Notes under the pieces: generated by a model
Told to the model about the DNA's origin: nothing
Databases searched by the model: none
The model's input: only the letters and a program-made list of their open reading frames with translations
Assembly: GCA_053919585.1 (NCBI GenBank)
Contig: CM132785.1
DNA length: 64,000 nt
DNA from: Euprymna scolopes
Lineage: Eukaryota
Direction: 5' to 3' (one strand)
Shown here: positions 26,101-38,090 of the stretch, in pieces
Layout: each line of letters starts with the position of its first letter
Position numbering within the stretch: the stretch's first letter is position 1
Made by a program: the position numbers and the translations under genes

Positions 26101-28280
26101 TCAGTTTTCATGCAAGAACTATCCTAGGAATTTACTCTGTCTTCAGTGACAAATAGTTGCATACAAATAAGTGATAAGGATAATTTTCCTGCTAACCACC
26201 CTTTCAGTTGCGTGTTAAACATTCAGCAGTTAAGGCTTATCTCGGCAATGGCATACCCCTCACACTTCAAACTGTCTTCCATCACATAAAAATAGGATCA
26301 CAATTATCCTCACTTGTTTTAGAGCGATCTAGTCCATTGATTGCATACAAGATTGTAAGTGGTACTTTAAGACGTTGTTATTCTAGCTACAGCTGTGGAT
26401 GCACATTTTATTTGACTCTGAAACCTGACAAACCAACAGCTCTTTTTTATAGTTATGTAAACAAGTCTGGACTGTTATGTATATTGCCACAAGAACCAAG
26501 ATGATGCAAAATTAGTCGGGTTAAATTGCTCGACTTCAGCCTCTTATATACGCTTGAACTCATCGAGTAGAAGACTTGCTCATTTATTGTATATTATATC
26601 TTCGTTGGTATACAGCGAAAAGTAGACTACATGGAGCACATCAATGAAGCTGGTATATACCTTCTCATCGTCTAACAAAATATGTACACATAACTTAATT
26701 TTGCAGGTCACGTGAAGAAAAAAATAATCGGGTGCCTATATTTAGATCATTAATTCCATTACCCTTTGTAAGATTTTACAATTGACTAGGATAGAATTGT
26801 TCTTAGTGATCAATGGGAGAGTAAGTTTCTTGACTGAGGGTGTTGGATATAGTTAGAAGGTACTGTATAGCTCTTTTATTATGTTCATGCTCCCTTACAA
26901 CGCAGATTCGCCATGTAAGTATAGTATAACATTTCGATCTTAACATACTCTTGCATGCGTAAATCTGTCAAAACAATGGCAATTCTATTTTAGTTAAATG
27001 CGACAGAAATTGATGATTTTATATCGGGACATATGTAAAATTATCCGGTTCTTTAATTTGTGCGTTCACCAAGAATGATACTATTAAAACAATCATGATC
27101 TACCGACATATAATACTCCTCATAATTGTTTTGTTTTTTTTCCGCTCCCGTTCACCGACAAATGAGATTGAACCTAATAATTAACTCCTGTTCGTACTTT
27201 TATCAAAATCCCACCTTGAAATTTTTAAAGTGTCATAGTGAGAGTAAATTTTGCTAGAAGAGATTTTCCAAATAACACGGATTCCTCATCCCAGGGGCCA
27301 TTAGAGGTAAGCTTGCCCAAAAATCGTTCGCTTGTCCGCAATTTTATCCTTAATTTTTTTTAAGTTTTGCACAAACATTAGTCATGGTGAAAATAATTTT
27401 TTTCACTCGTGTAGTGGAACCACCTCATGCTATTTTTCTTTTATTCATTAGATATGTCAATTTTGGCGCCATCTATAGAAGAAACATTGGTTGAAATAAG
27501 TAGATTTAACTTCCATGTTGACAACTTTTACTTTTTGGCAACGGAATTTCCAGACGAATTACAAAAATGGAAAGTTTTTCGAAACCGTATTAGTTAGCTT
27601 ATGACGTAGGTATCGCCAATTTACTTTGATATCTCTTCATTTGCATCGCAGATTACGTTTCGTGAATTTACTTAGATATTTGATTTACATCTAGTATTAC
27701 AATCAAACTATACCAATAGCTAGAGAAATTCTGATTGGTTTCCAAAGAATATGATGATAAAAACTGAAACCTTGATTAACTGTTTCTAAAAAAAAAAAGT
27801 GTAGATATTTTTGTCCCTGTAAATATAAAGCCAGATTAGCATATTCGACAGCGTTACATCAACGCTTTTCACTGCTTGATATAGACACATTTAGCTTACA
27901 CGAGACTAGTTTTAATCTTAAATATGTCCAAATCCGGTGACGGCACGAGTGACTAGTGTCAGTCAGGTGACCTCAGTACTGTTAGATATAATTGTTATTG
28001 TAAGATATACGGTAACCGTGCAACAATATCCGGCATTAGGCTTAGGTAAATAAAATTGTCAATGATCTCCTTTTAAATGAATACATGGTACCTACAAAGG
28101 CGTTTACTATTTCTATATAGTAAGTGTATAACTTAATGATAATTAGTTCGTTGAACTCGCGTTTGAGACTTATATTGTAATGCCGAAGACTAATCACAGC
28201 TCCACGCGCTCTCTACACCGACTGCATCATACGTGTAGCTGCACTGTATCTTTTAATTACAAGTCTTGATGTATTTAAAT

Positions 28281-29702
28281 TGTAACACTAAAGAGAGGCC
28301 ACATCAGACCTGTAGGGTTGATGTGACGTTTCTTTTAGTTGAAAGTAATTTGTTGTTCCCGAACGATAATCGGGTTGAAGGAATAAAAATTATTAATTTT
28401 TATTTGTGAATAAAATCTGAGCTAAGTCTGTTGAAATGACGGCGGCAAGAGTGCCTTTGTAGTGAAAAGTTAAATTACAGACTTCAAAAGCTAAAAAGAA
28501 TGCATAAAATATGTTAGCCAAAATACACAGGCGTTTGATCTCCAATGGCCGAAATCATAGTGTACAGTAGCCGGAGGGGTGGGGATTTCACACCCGCAAT
28601 TGGCAAAACTATGAGCCAAAAAGTTGACCTGGGAATTTGACAAGTTGAAAAGTCGGGTTGTTTTTGATCTAAGAGAAACACACAGTGACTCGGCATCGTG
28701 TTCAGAACAAAGAAGAGGAAAAAAATGAATTGTCCGAAATTTCAAAACAATAAAATAACGTATCGAGAATTGTCATTTGGTGAATCAGGTCGAACGAAAA
28801 AAGGGAATTTATGAAATATTTTTGCTCGGATGGGAAAATGTTTTGTCCGATAAGTTCAAAGCGACAAATGCATTCTTGGTCTTTTGACGTAAACAAAATG
28901 TCTGATATAATAAAATGGCCGACAACCAGAACTTAATTCAAAGATAAACTAAAATCCCTTTGAATTATCAAAGCGAAAGGTGAGATCAATAATTTTAAAA
29001 CAAATAAAATCGCGTAATTTGCTTTAAGGCAAAGGAAAAATACTTTTCCTGGATAGGGGGAAATTCCATTAGTAAGCCAGGGAGGAGTTAATTAATACAA
29101 CGTGTAAGTTGGGCGTTAATTAAGGGAGGAGTCAATCCAATTTTGGAAATGGACCAATGAAAAAGGGCCCTGTCGAAGTATAATCAACTAAGCAGAAAAG
29201 GCCCCGTCGAATTATAATCAAGCAATTGGATTGGTCGATGACGAACATGGGTGTCGTCATCATTCCATAATTGTATTATAAAAGAAATGAAAAATCAGAG
29301 ATTAAGTCAGTAGAACAGAACAGAAGAGCAGTGAAGAACAGAACAGAAGAAGAGAGAGTCCGGAATCAGTCGCGGCAGAATCACCTCTCTCTCCCCCCCC
29401 CTCGCTTGTTGCCTGATAACTCAACGCTTATAACGTGTAGATTACTTAATGAGAATTACGCAAAGTCCGTGATACCGACCAGGTATTTCAACAACAGAAG
29501 CTCAGTTGTAGAACTAACTGCTTGCTTGAATTAATTGTCAACTATATGTACATGATGTAAATACTTTTATGAATTTCCGAAATATATATTATATTAACCA
29601 ACCTCCGGAGTTTTGTTGCTGATGTGCGTTGATCCATATATATGTACATTCTTTATTTGCCAAATGTGACCACGTTCAAAGGTCACACGTCAAAAGCTCA
29701 CA
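28281..29702 (+). repeat. 5' LTR (1422 bp)
   Basis: Starts TGTAACACTAAAG, ends ...AGCTCACA two bases before the PBS; near-identical to 33276-34635. Confidence 0.93.
29150..29312 (+). promoter_or_regulatory. LTR promoter: CCAAT boxes, 35-bp duplicated enhancer-like unit, TATA box and initiator
   Basis: TATAAAAG at 29277-29284, TCAGT initiator at 29307-29311 (A is 32 nt after the TATA T), ccaat/attgg motifs upstream. Confidence 0.65.
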
Positions 29703-29704
29703 TC

Positions 29705-29722
29705 TGGTGCCGTGACAAGGAT
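29705..29722 (+). other. Primer binding site, tRNA-His type
   Basis: TGGTGCCGTGACAAGGAT; the first 12 nt are complementary to the tRNA-His 3' end (..GTCACGGCACCA). Confidence 0.8.
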
Positions 29723-30227
29723 TTGGACCCTGAAAGGCTTCTACGGCACATCAACCGGGAGAAAACGTTTTTGAAGGAAATCATAAACTACAGCACAGCG
29801 TTATTGAATTGAAGGAGAAAACCAACCAGCCACCAAAAACTGCAACGGCTGCTTGCATTGAAGAACCAATCGACAACAAACACAACCACGGCACAACGTT
29901 TTTGAAGGAAACAAACCAGCAACAAGAAACTACGACAACGCGTCATTTGGAAGTGAAAGAAGAAAAAAATCACAAACTGAACAGTATAGACTTTTTTTCT
30001 TGCGCTCTGTGAGTGAGCGTGCAACCCCAAACTACGGGAACTCGACTCTCGGAACCTGAAGCGAAGCGAGATATAGGTGAGACCCTCTTATTTTATTTGT
30101 GATTTTTTGACTTGGGTATTTTTCTTTCCGCAGTGGTTTGGGGGGGGGGGGGGCTGGAGGCATTACTTGTGGAAACAGTGAGAAAGGGATAGACAGGCGA
30201 ATCCCCGTTTGATAAAGTTAGACAAGT

Positions 30228-31112
30228 ATGACGGAGCCGGTGGAACATAAGAGCGAGGCTTTAGGGGGAGCAGAGAGGGTGGTGACGGAGACTAGGACTG
30301 AGAGAGATTGGGCGAGGGAGTTACTCAGACTGCTACAGGAGGCAGCTGAGGAAGTGGCGGAACTGGCTGAGAGGGCAACTAAGGTGTTGTCGGAGGGTAC
30401 CCTGAAAGAAAAGGGGGCAATCCAGGCTAGGCCGGCCAAGGTGCTAGAGAAGGGTAGCACAGAAGGGAAGATAAGGGCAGACAGAGCCCTATCAAACGGC
30501 CGAGAATGGACACTGATCCACGCCACATTATCGGGAGAGGTGAGCACACAAGGACCACATCGGAGGAGGGGGCGCTCGGCCAAGCGGACCCGACAAACCC
30601 CGCCCCAGCCCGAAGTCGAGGAAGTTCGAGAGAGGAAGGTCTCAGATGTCCAACTTTGGGGGATTCAGGAGGATTGGGAGACAGAGGCGGAAGCTGATCC
30701 CAACATAAGAGTTGGGGAGCGCGGCAGGGGATGTGTCACTGCAGCCCCAGGAAAGAAGTACGAGGGCCAACAAGGGGCCCCAATCCGGCCGCTGTCAACC
30801 GACCCCTGATGAAGGTGAGTGGTATTGTTTCACTTACCACCCTGATGGGCACATAACGAAAGGATGTCCCACCAGGAAGGGGGAGCCGCCCGGGGCGGAC
30901 CCCAAAGAAAATGTGCCAAGAACGGACGGATCCCAAGGAGGCCTATTGTTGCCGGCCCCTATGTCCGCGGCGGTGGCAGGATACAGGGAGGACCTCTGAT
31001 GATAGAGGGCCCACTGGCGGGGGGCGCAACTGCCGGAGGGGAAGTTAAGGGAAAAGCGATCGGCAGCGAATTTGTTCGAGGTGCGACCGTCTATATTTGT
31101 CCTAATGAATAA
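30228..31112 (+). pseudogene. gag: Frameshifted gag-like region with a degenerate zinc knuckle and a possible protease relic
   Basis: CFTYHPDGHITKGC at 30826-30867 is CX2CX4HX4C with the second Cys changed to Tyr; downstream GEVKGKAIGSEFVRGATVYI loosely resembles the D(T/S)GA protease context. Confidence 0.7.
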
Positions 31113-31675
31113 GTGAGTACGGGTGGGCAAGGGCTCTGCCTAGGCGTACCACCATCGATGAGTGGGACGGTTTCACACCGGATCCTTTGAAGCTGAAGCA
31201 CCCTAGTACCGAGAATACCCCTGGCAGGGCGGCACGAGGCCAGTGTCCGGAGGAGAGTTGGGGGCGACAGGAAGTTGCGACCCGCCAACTCTATAAGCAT
31301 GAAGAGATGGATTAGAGAGAGAGCGCCCTAGGTCACGATGAAGACAGATTAGTTGGAACTAGGAATAGAACACTAGGGTAAGCTCTAGGACTAAATCTAT
31401 TATGAGAGATACGAGAATAAGTCGACCGAAAGCACGAGTATCGGCCGCTTAGTTAAATGCTAGTTGTCTGGAATACGCATTAGTGGAAAGGAAAATCTAA
31501 CAGGGATCGCATGTTAGGAAGAAGATAAGCACCCTTAACGTTTCAGAAGAAAAGCACAAGAAGGAAGAATTCTTCAGAATATCTTCTCGTTAATTCGAAG
31601 GACGCCAACTGTAGTGGTGTGCACGGGCGGAGACAACCTTCTGTAGCCGTCATAATTGTTGACGGGAGAAACTAT

Positions 31676-32936
31676 AAAATTCGGCAGAAAAGCCGGGAGG
31701 TCTGTCAAGAATGGTTGACTGGAGAATAAGTAGACTTGGAGGTCGATAGAGTGGGCGATAATACCTATGAAAGGTAGGGCTCTGAGAACTCTGGTGATTG
31801 CTGAGGAAAATGTCGAAAGTATCCGACAAGGATTGAGAGCCGTGGAAAACGGGCAGAAGACATTAGCCCAAGTGAATAAAGAAGGGCTCTCCATACTCAG
31901 CATAACGAGAAGGGCAGTAACCGAAAATCGAGTGGCAGTGAACACCACTATCGAACAATTTGAACTCCTGAAAGAAGGAAGTGAGTAAAATTCGGCAGAA
32001 AAGCCGGGAGGTCTCAGTCAAGAATGGTTGACTGGAGAATAAATAGACTTGGAGGTCGACATAGACGGGCGGTAATACCTATCATAAGTAGGGCCCGGGG
32101 AGCTCTGTTTGGTGTGGTTGCTGAGGAAAGTGTCGAAAGTATCCGACAAAGATTGAGAGCCGTGGAAAACGGACAGAAGATATTAGCCTATGTAAATGGA
32201 GCGGTTTCTCCATACTTAATATGAAAATAGACCAACACTTAAGCACCCTTATTGGGCGTTTTGCACGCCTGCAGGAGGAAGTGTTAAAAATTCGGCAGAG
32301 AAGCCGGGAGGTATATCAGTCATAAAGGCTGACTATACAATCTAAGGGGACACAGTGTGTGCCCCTTCCAAAAAAGCCACGGATGGGCATGCGCATTCTA
32401 GGGTTGAATGCCACAAACATGCTCAAGTGATTGAAGTCTGTTGTCTGACCGTCCGCAGTGCATGATTTGAAACCTACGAACCAAAAGAGAAAGATTACGA
32501 GATTAGCTCTATAGGGGTTAGAGCTGAGGTAACTCCGAAAGAAGGTGCTTCTTAGAATAGTCGAAAAGGGACAGTTAAGACTAGAGTAGTCTATCGGAAT
32601 CGCCTGATTATGATTAGACAGCTTACAAAGTCAGTTGGACCACATAATTAAGCAAGAGTCAACGAGCGACCCTCCTAACTTGGTGATGGTGGGGGTCTGA
32701 CGGGTGGAATAGGGGTTATAGCAGGGCTATTAGTGGTGGTGATGTGTTATTTGAAGTGAATGTATGGAATTGAGTGTTTGAAATGCCTCTTGGCGACCCA
32801 TGGCGCTGCGGGGAGCAGCCCTGATCAGGAATCACAAAGGGTCCGCATTAATCTGGCGAAGCTACAGACGAGAGACGAGGAACCCGCCCCAAATCCATCC
32901 CTACGACAAGAAGCTGAACCTACAGAATATTTTTAA
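31676..32936 (+). pseudogene. env: env-like (class I fusion protein) pseudogene
   Basis: Furin-type RHRR at 32057-32068 followed by fusion-peptide-like AVIPIISRARGALFGV and a heptad segment; LDSLQSQLDHII; TM-like LTGGIGVIAGLLVVVMCYLK near 32700-32756; in-frame tail to TAA at 32936; broken by stops and shifts. Confidence 0.7.
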
Positions 32937-33261
32937 ACACTATTAAGTGATGTCAATGTAGGACTAATTGCATGCTTAGTGTTTCAAAAGGAAGAAAAAA
33001 AAGACACTTTTCACTATTACCGATTTTGTTACACGAACTTTGTACTTATGAAACCACCACTACGAACTGTTATTGAACAGGCTGAGTTAAGGCAGTAGCC
33101 ATTTATATGAACTTTCAACTTCTGCGTGATTATTTGTTTTGCATGTAATTCAGCAAATTCTCGCTTCCAGAGTAGGCCAGAATTGTGTTATGAGATGAGA
33201 GAATCTCTTTGAGTGTTAACGGACATGGGGCGCCGTTATCCGGTGGAGAACGTCGCCCTAT

Positions 33262-33275
33262 GGGGGGGGGGCGAA
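33262..33275 (+). other. Polypurine tract
   Basis: GGGGGGGGGGCGAA immediately before the 3' LTR TG. Confidence 0.85.
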
Positions 33276-34881
33276 TGTAACACTAAAGAGAGGCCACATC
33301 AGACCTGTAGGGTTGATGTGACGTTTCTTTTAGTTGAAAGTAATTTGTTGTTCCCGGACGATAATCGGGTTGAAGGAATAAAAATTATTAATTTTTATTT
33401 GTGAATAAAATCTGAGCTAAGTCTGTTGAAATGACGGCGGCAAGAGTGCCTTTGTAGTGAAAAGTTAAATTACAGACTTCAAAAGCTAAAAAGAATGCAT
33501 AAAATATGTTAGCCAAAATACACAGGCGTTTGATCTCCAATGGCTGAAATCATAGTGTACAGTAGCCGGAGGGGTGGGGATTTCACACCCGCAATTGGCA
33601 AAACTATGAGCCAAAAAGTTGACCTGGGAATTTGACAAGTTGAAAAGTCGGGTTGTTTTTGATCTAAGAGAAACACACGCAGTGACTCGGCATTGTGTTC
33701 AGAACAAAGAAGAGGAAAAAAATGAATTGTCCGAAATTTCAAAACAATAAAATAACGTATCGAGAATTGTCATTTGGTGAATCAGGTCGAACGAAAAAAG
33801 GGAATTTATGAAATATTTTTGCTCGGATGGGAAAATGTTTTGTCCGATAAGTTCAAAGCAACAAATGCATTCTTGCTCTTTTGACGTAAACAAAATGTCT
33901 GATATAATAAAATGGCCGACAACCAGAACTTAATTCAAAGATAAACTAAAATCCCTTTGAATTATCAAAGCGAAATGGGAGATCAATAATTTTAAAACAA
34001 ATAAAATCGCGTAATTTTCTTTAAGGCAAAGGAAAAATACTTTTCCTGGATAGGGGGAAATTCCATTAGTAAGCCAGGGAGGAGTTAATTAATACAACGT
34101 GTAAGTTGGGCGTTAATTAAGGGAGGAGTCAATCCAATTTTTGAAATGGACCAATGAAAAAGGGCCCTGTCTAAGTATAATCAACCAATGAGAAAAGGCC
34201 CCGTCGAATTATAATCAAGCAATTTGATTGGTCGATGACGAACATGGGTGTCGTCATCATTCCATAATTGTATTATAAAAGAAATGAAAAATCAGAGATT
34301 AAGTCAGTAGAACAGAAGAGCAGTGAAGAACAGAATCAGAATCACCTCTCTCTCTCCCCCCCCTCGCTTGTTGCCTGATAACTCAACGCTTATAACGTGT
34401 AGATTACTTAATGAGAATTACGCAAAGTCCGCGATACCGACCAGGTATTTCAACAACAGAAGCTCAGTTGTAGAACTAACTGCTTGCTTGAATTAATTGT
34501 CAACTATATGTACATGCTATAAATACTTCTTTTATGAATTTCCGAAATATATATCATATTAACCAACCTCCGGAGTTTTGTTGCTGATGTGCGTTGATCC
34601 ATATATATGTACATTCTTTATTTGCCATTTGTGACACCGTATCCGTCAACGAACACCCAGGATAACTAGACGATCCACGGAGAACAGGCCTTGAGGACCG
34701 AGCATCCGAGAAGAATCCCCAACGCCTTAACGAAGAACTCACTGGGTGACGCGACGTACTAACGGTTGGCAGACCTGGTTTCCCAGTCGACATATCATAA
34801 CTGTACCGACCAGGGTGCAGATCATAACTGGGCCGCGATCAGGGATCAAGGACGTGTAAGGCCATACGCTGAAAGGTCACA
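33276..34881 (+). repeat. 3' LTR (1606 bp)
   Basis: TGTAACAC...AAAGGTCACA followed by AAAT. Confidence 0.9.
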
Positions 34882-37800
34882 AAATCATGTTACTTTATTT
34901 TATGATAACGAGTTTATCAAATTTCCTTTTTATAATTGTATATAGAATTCACGCCAGACCTAGCTTGAAGCTACTTGATATTAAGAATTAAAATACTATT
35001 TCAAGGTCAAAACCTTGCCAACAAATTCTAGATTCTCGGCTAGAAAATAGCGATTCCTCTTATCAAAAGCATGGTTCAAGGGGATTAATTGACAAACCGA
35101 AAGTTAATCAATTAGTAGTCCATTCCGTGAGTCTGACTTAAATTAGTTTAGTGAATTTATTGGAAAAGTCAAATTCACTATACGTATTTTAAAATGCATG
35201 ACTCGCCTGAAGACTGCTCATAGAAGTTGAAAACGTTTGCGACGATAAGTTTATTTTTTACACTCGAACAGAACGTTCGCACATTGGCACGCTAAAATGT
35301 CAAACACGGATCGCAAGAGAAACAAATATCCTTCTATTCAATTAAACATGTGTATTATAATAGAAAAATGCGATCATGAAGTTATATGGTTAAACTTAAA
35401 CATGGAAGGGAAAAGGACAATAAATCTAGTAAAAATGAATTTATAGTTTAAAATATTGCATCATTAAGAAATGATTGTTAAATTGAATTTATTAGAATGC
35501 CTTGTCCTTTTTTTTCATGTTTAAGCTTAACCATATTTTCATGCTCGCAACTTTGATGTAATACATGATTTCTGCAGCCCTCCAGTAAATGAAGTTGTTT
35601 GTTTAATTTCAGTCTATTTTGCCACCATAAACATAAGTAAATCAATGTACGGCACTCGTCTGCTTTCATTCTCTCCGTTTCACTTATTTTTTTTTCGAGA
35701 GCGCTGCATTAATACCAACACTAGTCGCCGATGTGGTTGCTATAGAAACCAGACAGAAAAACGTTCATTTTCTTTTTTTTTTTTTACTATTTTGGGCATC
35801 AGAAAATTCATAAATTTTTACCAAACGAAAATTGACTTTTTTTTTCAGAACACAGCTGTAATAATTGTTTGAAATTTGGTCGAAAAATGAGTGAGCGGTG
35901 AAGTTTTAAGGCGGTTTTCAATGACTAAATCTGTCACTTAACCATGCATGCATGAGCGGGTGCCTATTCTTAGTATCTATACCGCTAGTCCTCAATACGT
36001 GAGTAAATATAGGATTATTTAGAAAATGTGGAGAAATTAAGCTACATAATTATTTTACGTTTGATCCTTTAGTATTCGTCAAGCTATTGCATGGAATTGA
36101 TGGTATTGCATCTTATAGCCACATGATACCGAGTTTGCTACTTATCAGATCTTTTAATACATTTATAAACATTGTGTGACTAATAGAATCTGATTGACTA
36201 ATTAGCAAACACAATGCTATGTTTGTCTACAACACGTGGAAGCATCAAATCCATGCAATACTGATGGATTCTAACGTGAGTAAAACAGAAAATTCATGGA
36301 AACATAAGTGCCATATTTTCTAAAACTTGTATGCCTAAGCACTAGGATAATACCAGTACTAGAGAGATTTTAAATATTTAAGAACATTAATTTTAATAGG
36401 TCCACTTTTGTAAAGTAGTTTCGCTAGCGCTCACATAATAGTAACGTTTGTTAAAAAAATCTGCCAATAATACTGACAGTTTCCTAGAATACATATTCCT
36501 ACTGTATACCAGTCTATGAAATGGAACTTTGCGTGGGCGAGTTCGTTCCCTCTGGATTCCTAAACGGCTGGACCGATTTCAGTAAATTTTCAACAAATGT
36601 GCTTTATGCGCCTAGCAGTGTATTTAGATAGGTTTTGTATTGGTATGCATTCGATAAGTATCTACAATGGAAAAAAATCCGAACCAAGGGACGGGTGATT
36701 TTGATTAAATTTTACGACTTATACAGCCTAACCTAAGTGCATTTGAGAAGCTTTATCGCACAAGCAGAAAGATACTACATATAAAATATACAGTAGGTTC
36801 TTTAATATGACCGGCGCTTTAGAGCACCTACTTTTTATTGATACATTGCAATATAGATTACAATTTATTGTAGACTAAATAACTAACTGAAGGGAGAATT
36901 GAAAAATACACGATTTTATTTCTATTTCGATGACTATAAACATGGTAGGGAGAAACGATATAATTTGGCTTTAATATCTTTAATAAGAGCGCCAGTTCAT
37001 GGGGACGCATGCCCTATTTTCCAAAGTTCACAAAACCGTGCCAGTGTTAATCCGCATGTTCCATACGATATATTTACCCAAATTCAGATTCGTTCGCTGG
37101 GTTATCCTGTAAAGGTAATTGCTGCACATTTCGGCGTTTAAGACAACCCTTAGTTTTAAAAACGTCCTCTTTAAAAACCAATATTTCATAAGATACCGGG
37201 TATTGCAATCTCTAGCCTAGGCCAAACAATTTCGTGGTTTAGTATTCGTTTTCTACAAATTATATCATAAATATATGAAAATTTGCTTCAATTTTGTATA
37301 TCGACAGTCGCCTTTTACGCCGAAAAATACGATATATATTAAGACACGTGTTCATTCTTTGCTGCACTGACATAAAAAAAAAAACTTATTAGATTTGGCT
37401 TTCAGCTTGGATGTATTTTATTTTATTCCTGTCATTTTTAATTTTTTTTTTCAATATAAGTCTAAATGAAAATACCATTACCAGTATAGCAACCACTGTG
37501 TGTGTGTATTAATAATAGGTCTATTTACTCTTGAACTTTATTAAATAAACACTGTATCAATTATCCGGATTTATTCTACAATTACACGACAATGTAGTCG
37601 ATAAGAATCGATTAGCGCTTGCACATTTATTCCTCATAACTACAAGCGAATTCCATATTCAGTTTCTGACTACGAACTTCGATTGGAGTCCTGACGAAAC
37701 ATGAACATGTATCGATTCACGTAGACTAATTACAATGAATCGAAACACTGATTTTACCTTTTATTTATGTCAACATTCTATTACACAAATCTTATCTCCG

Positions 37801-38015
37801 GTGAGTTTATAACGAAGTTATTTTGGAGACGAAGATTATATCGATTTCATTTAAAATTATGTATTTAATAGCAAATTAAATAGATTTTATATCTATCACC
37901 AAATTCCGCCAAAATTAAGTTTATACGTAATTCTAGATAAGCTTTTATTTACTTTACTTTCCACTGGTGTATTATAATTCCATATCAAATTATATTCAGC
38001 TTTATCACACTCCTA

Positions 38016-38018
<3 letters not shown>

Positions 38019-38090
<72 letters not shown>
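38019..38090. repeat. (TA)n microsatellite
   Basis: Seen directly. Confidence 0.95.

Larger units (their letters stand above)
28281..34881 (+). mobile_element. Non-autonomous Gypsy/errantivirus-like LTR retroelement (gag and env relics, no recognisable pol)
   Basis: Two TG...CA LTRs, AAAT TSD (28277-28280 / 34882-34885), PBS, PPT, zinc knuckle and env motifs. Confidence 0.92.

Noticed and set aside
28491-29534. Short ORFs inside the LTRs (duplicated at 33509-33893)
   Set aside because: No recognisable motifs, and the frames differ between the two LTRs because of a 2-bp indel
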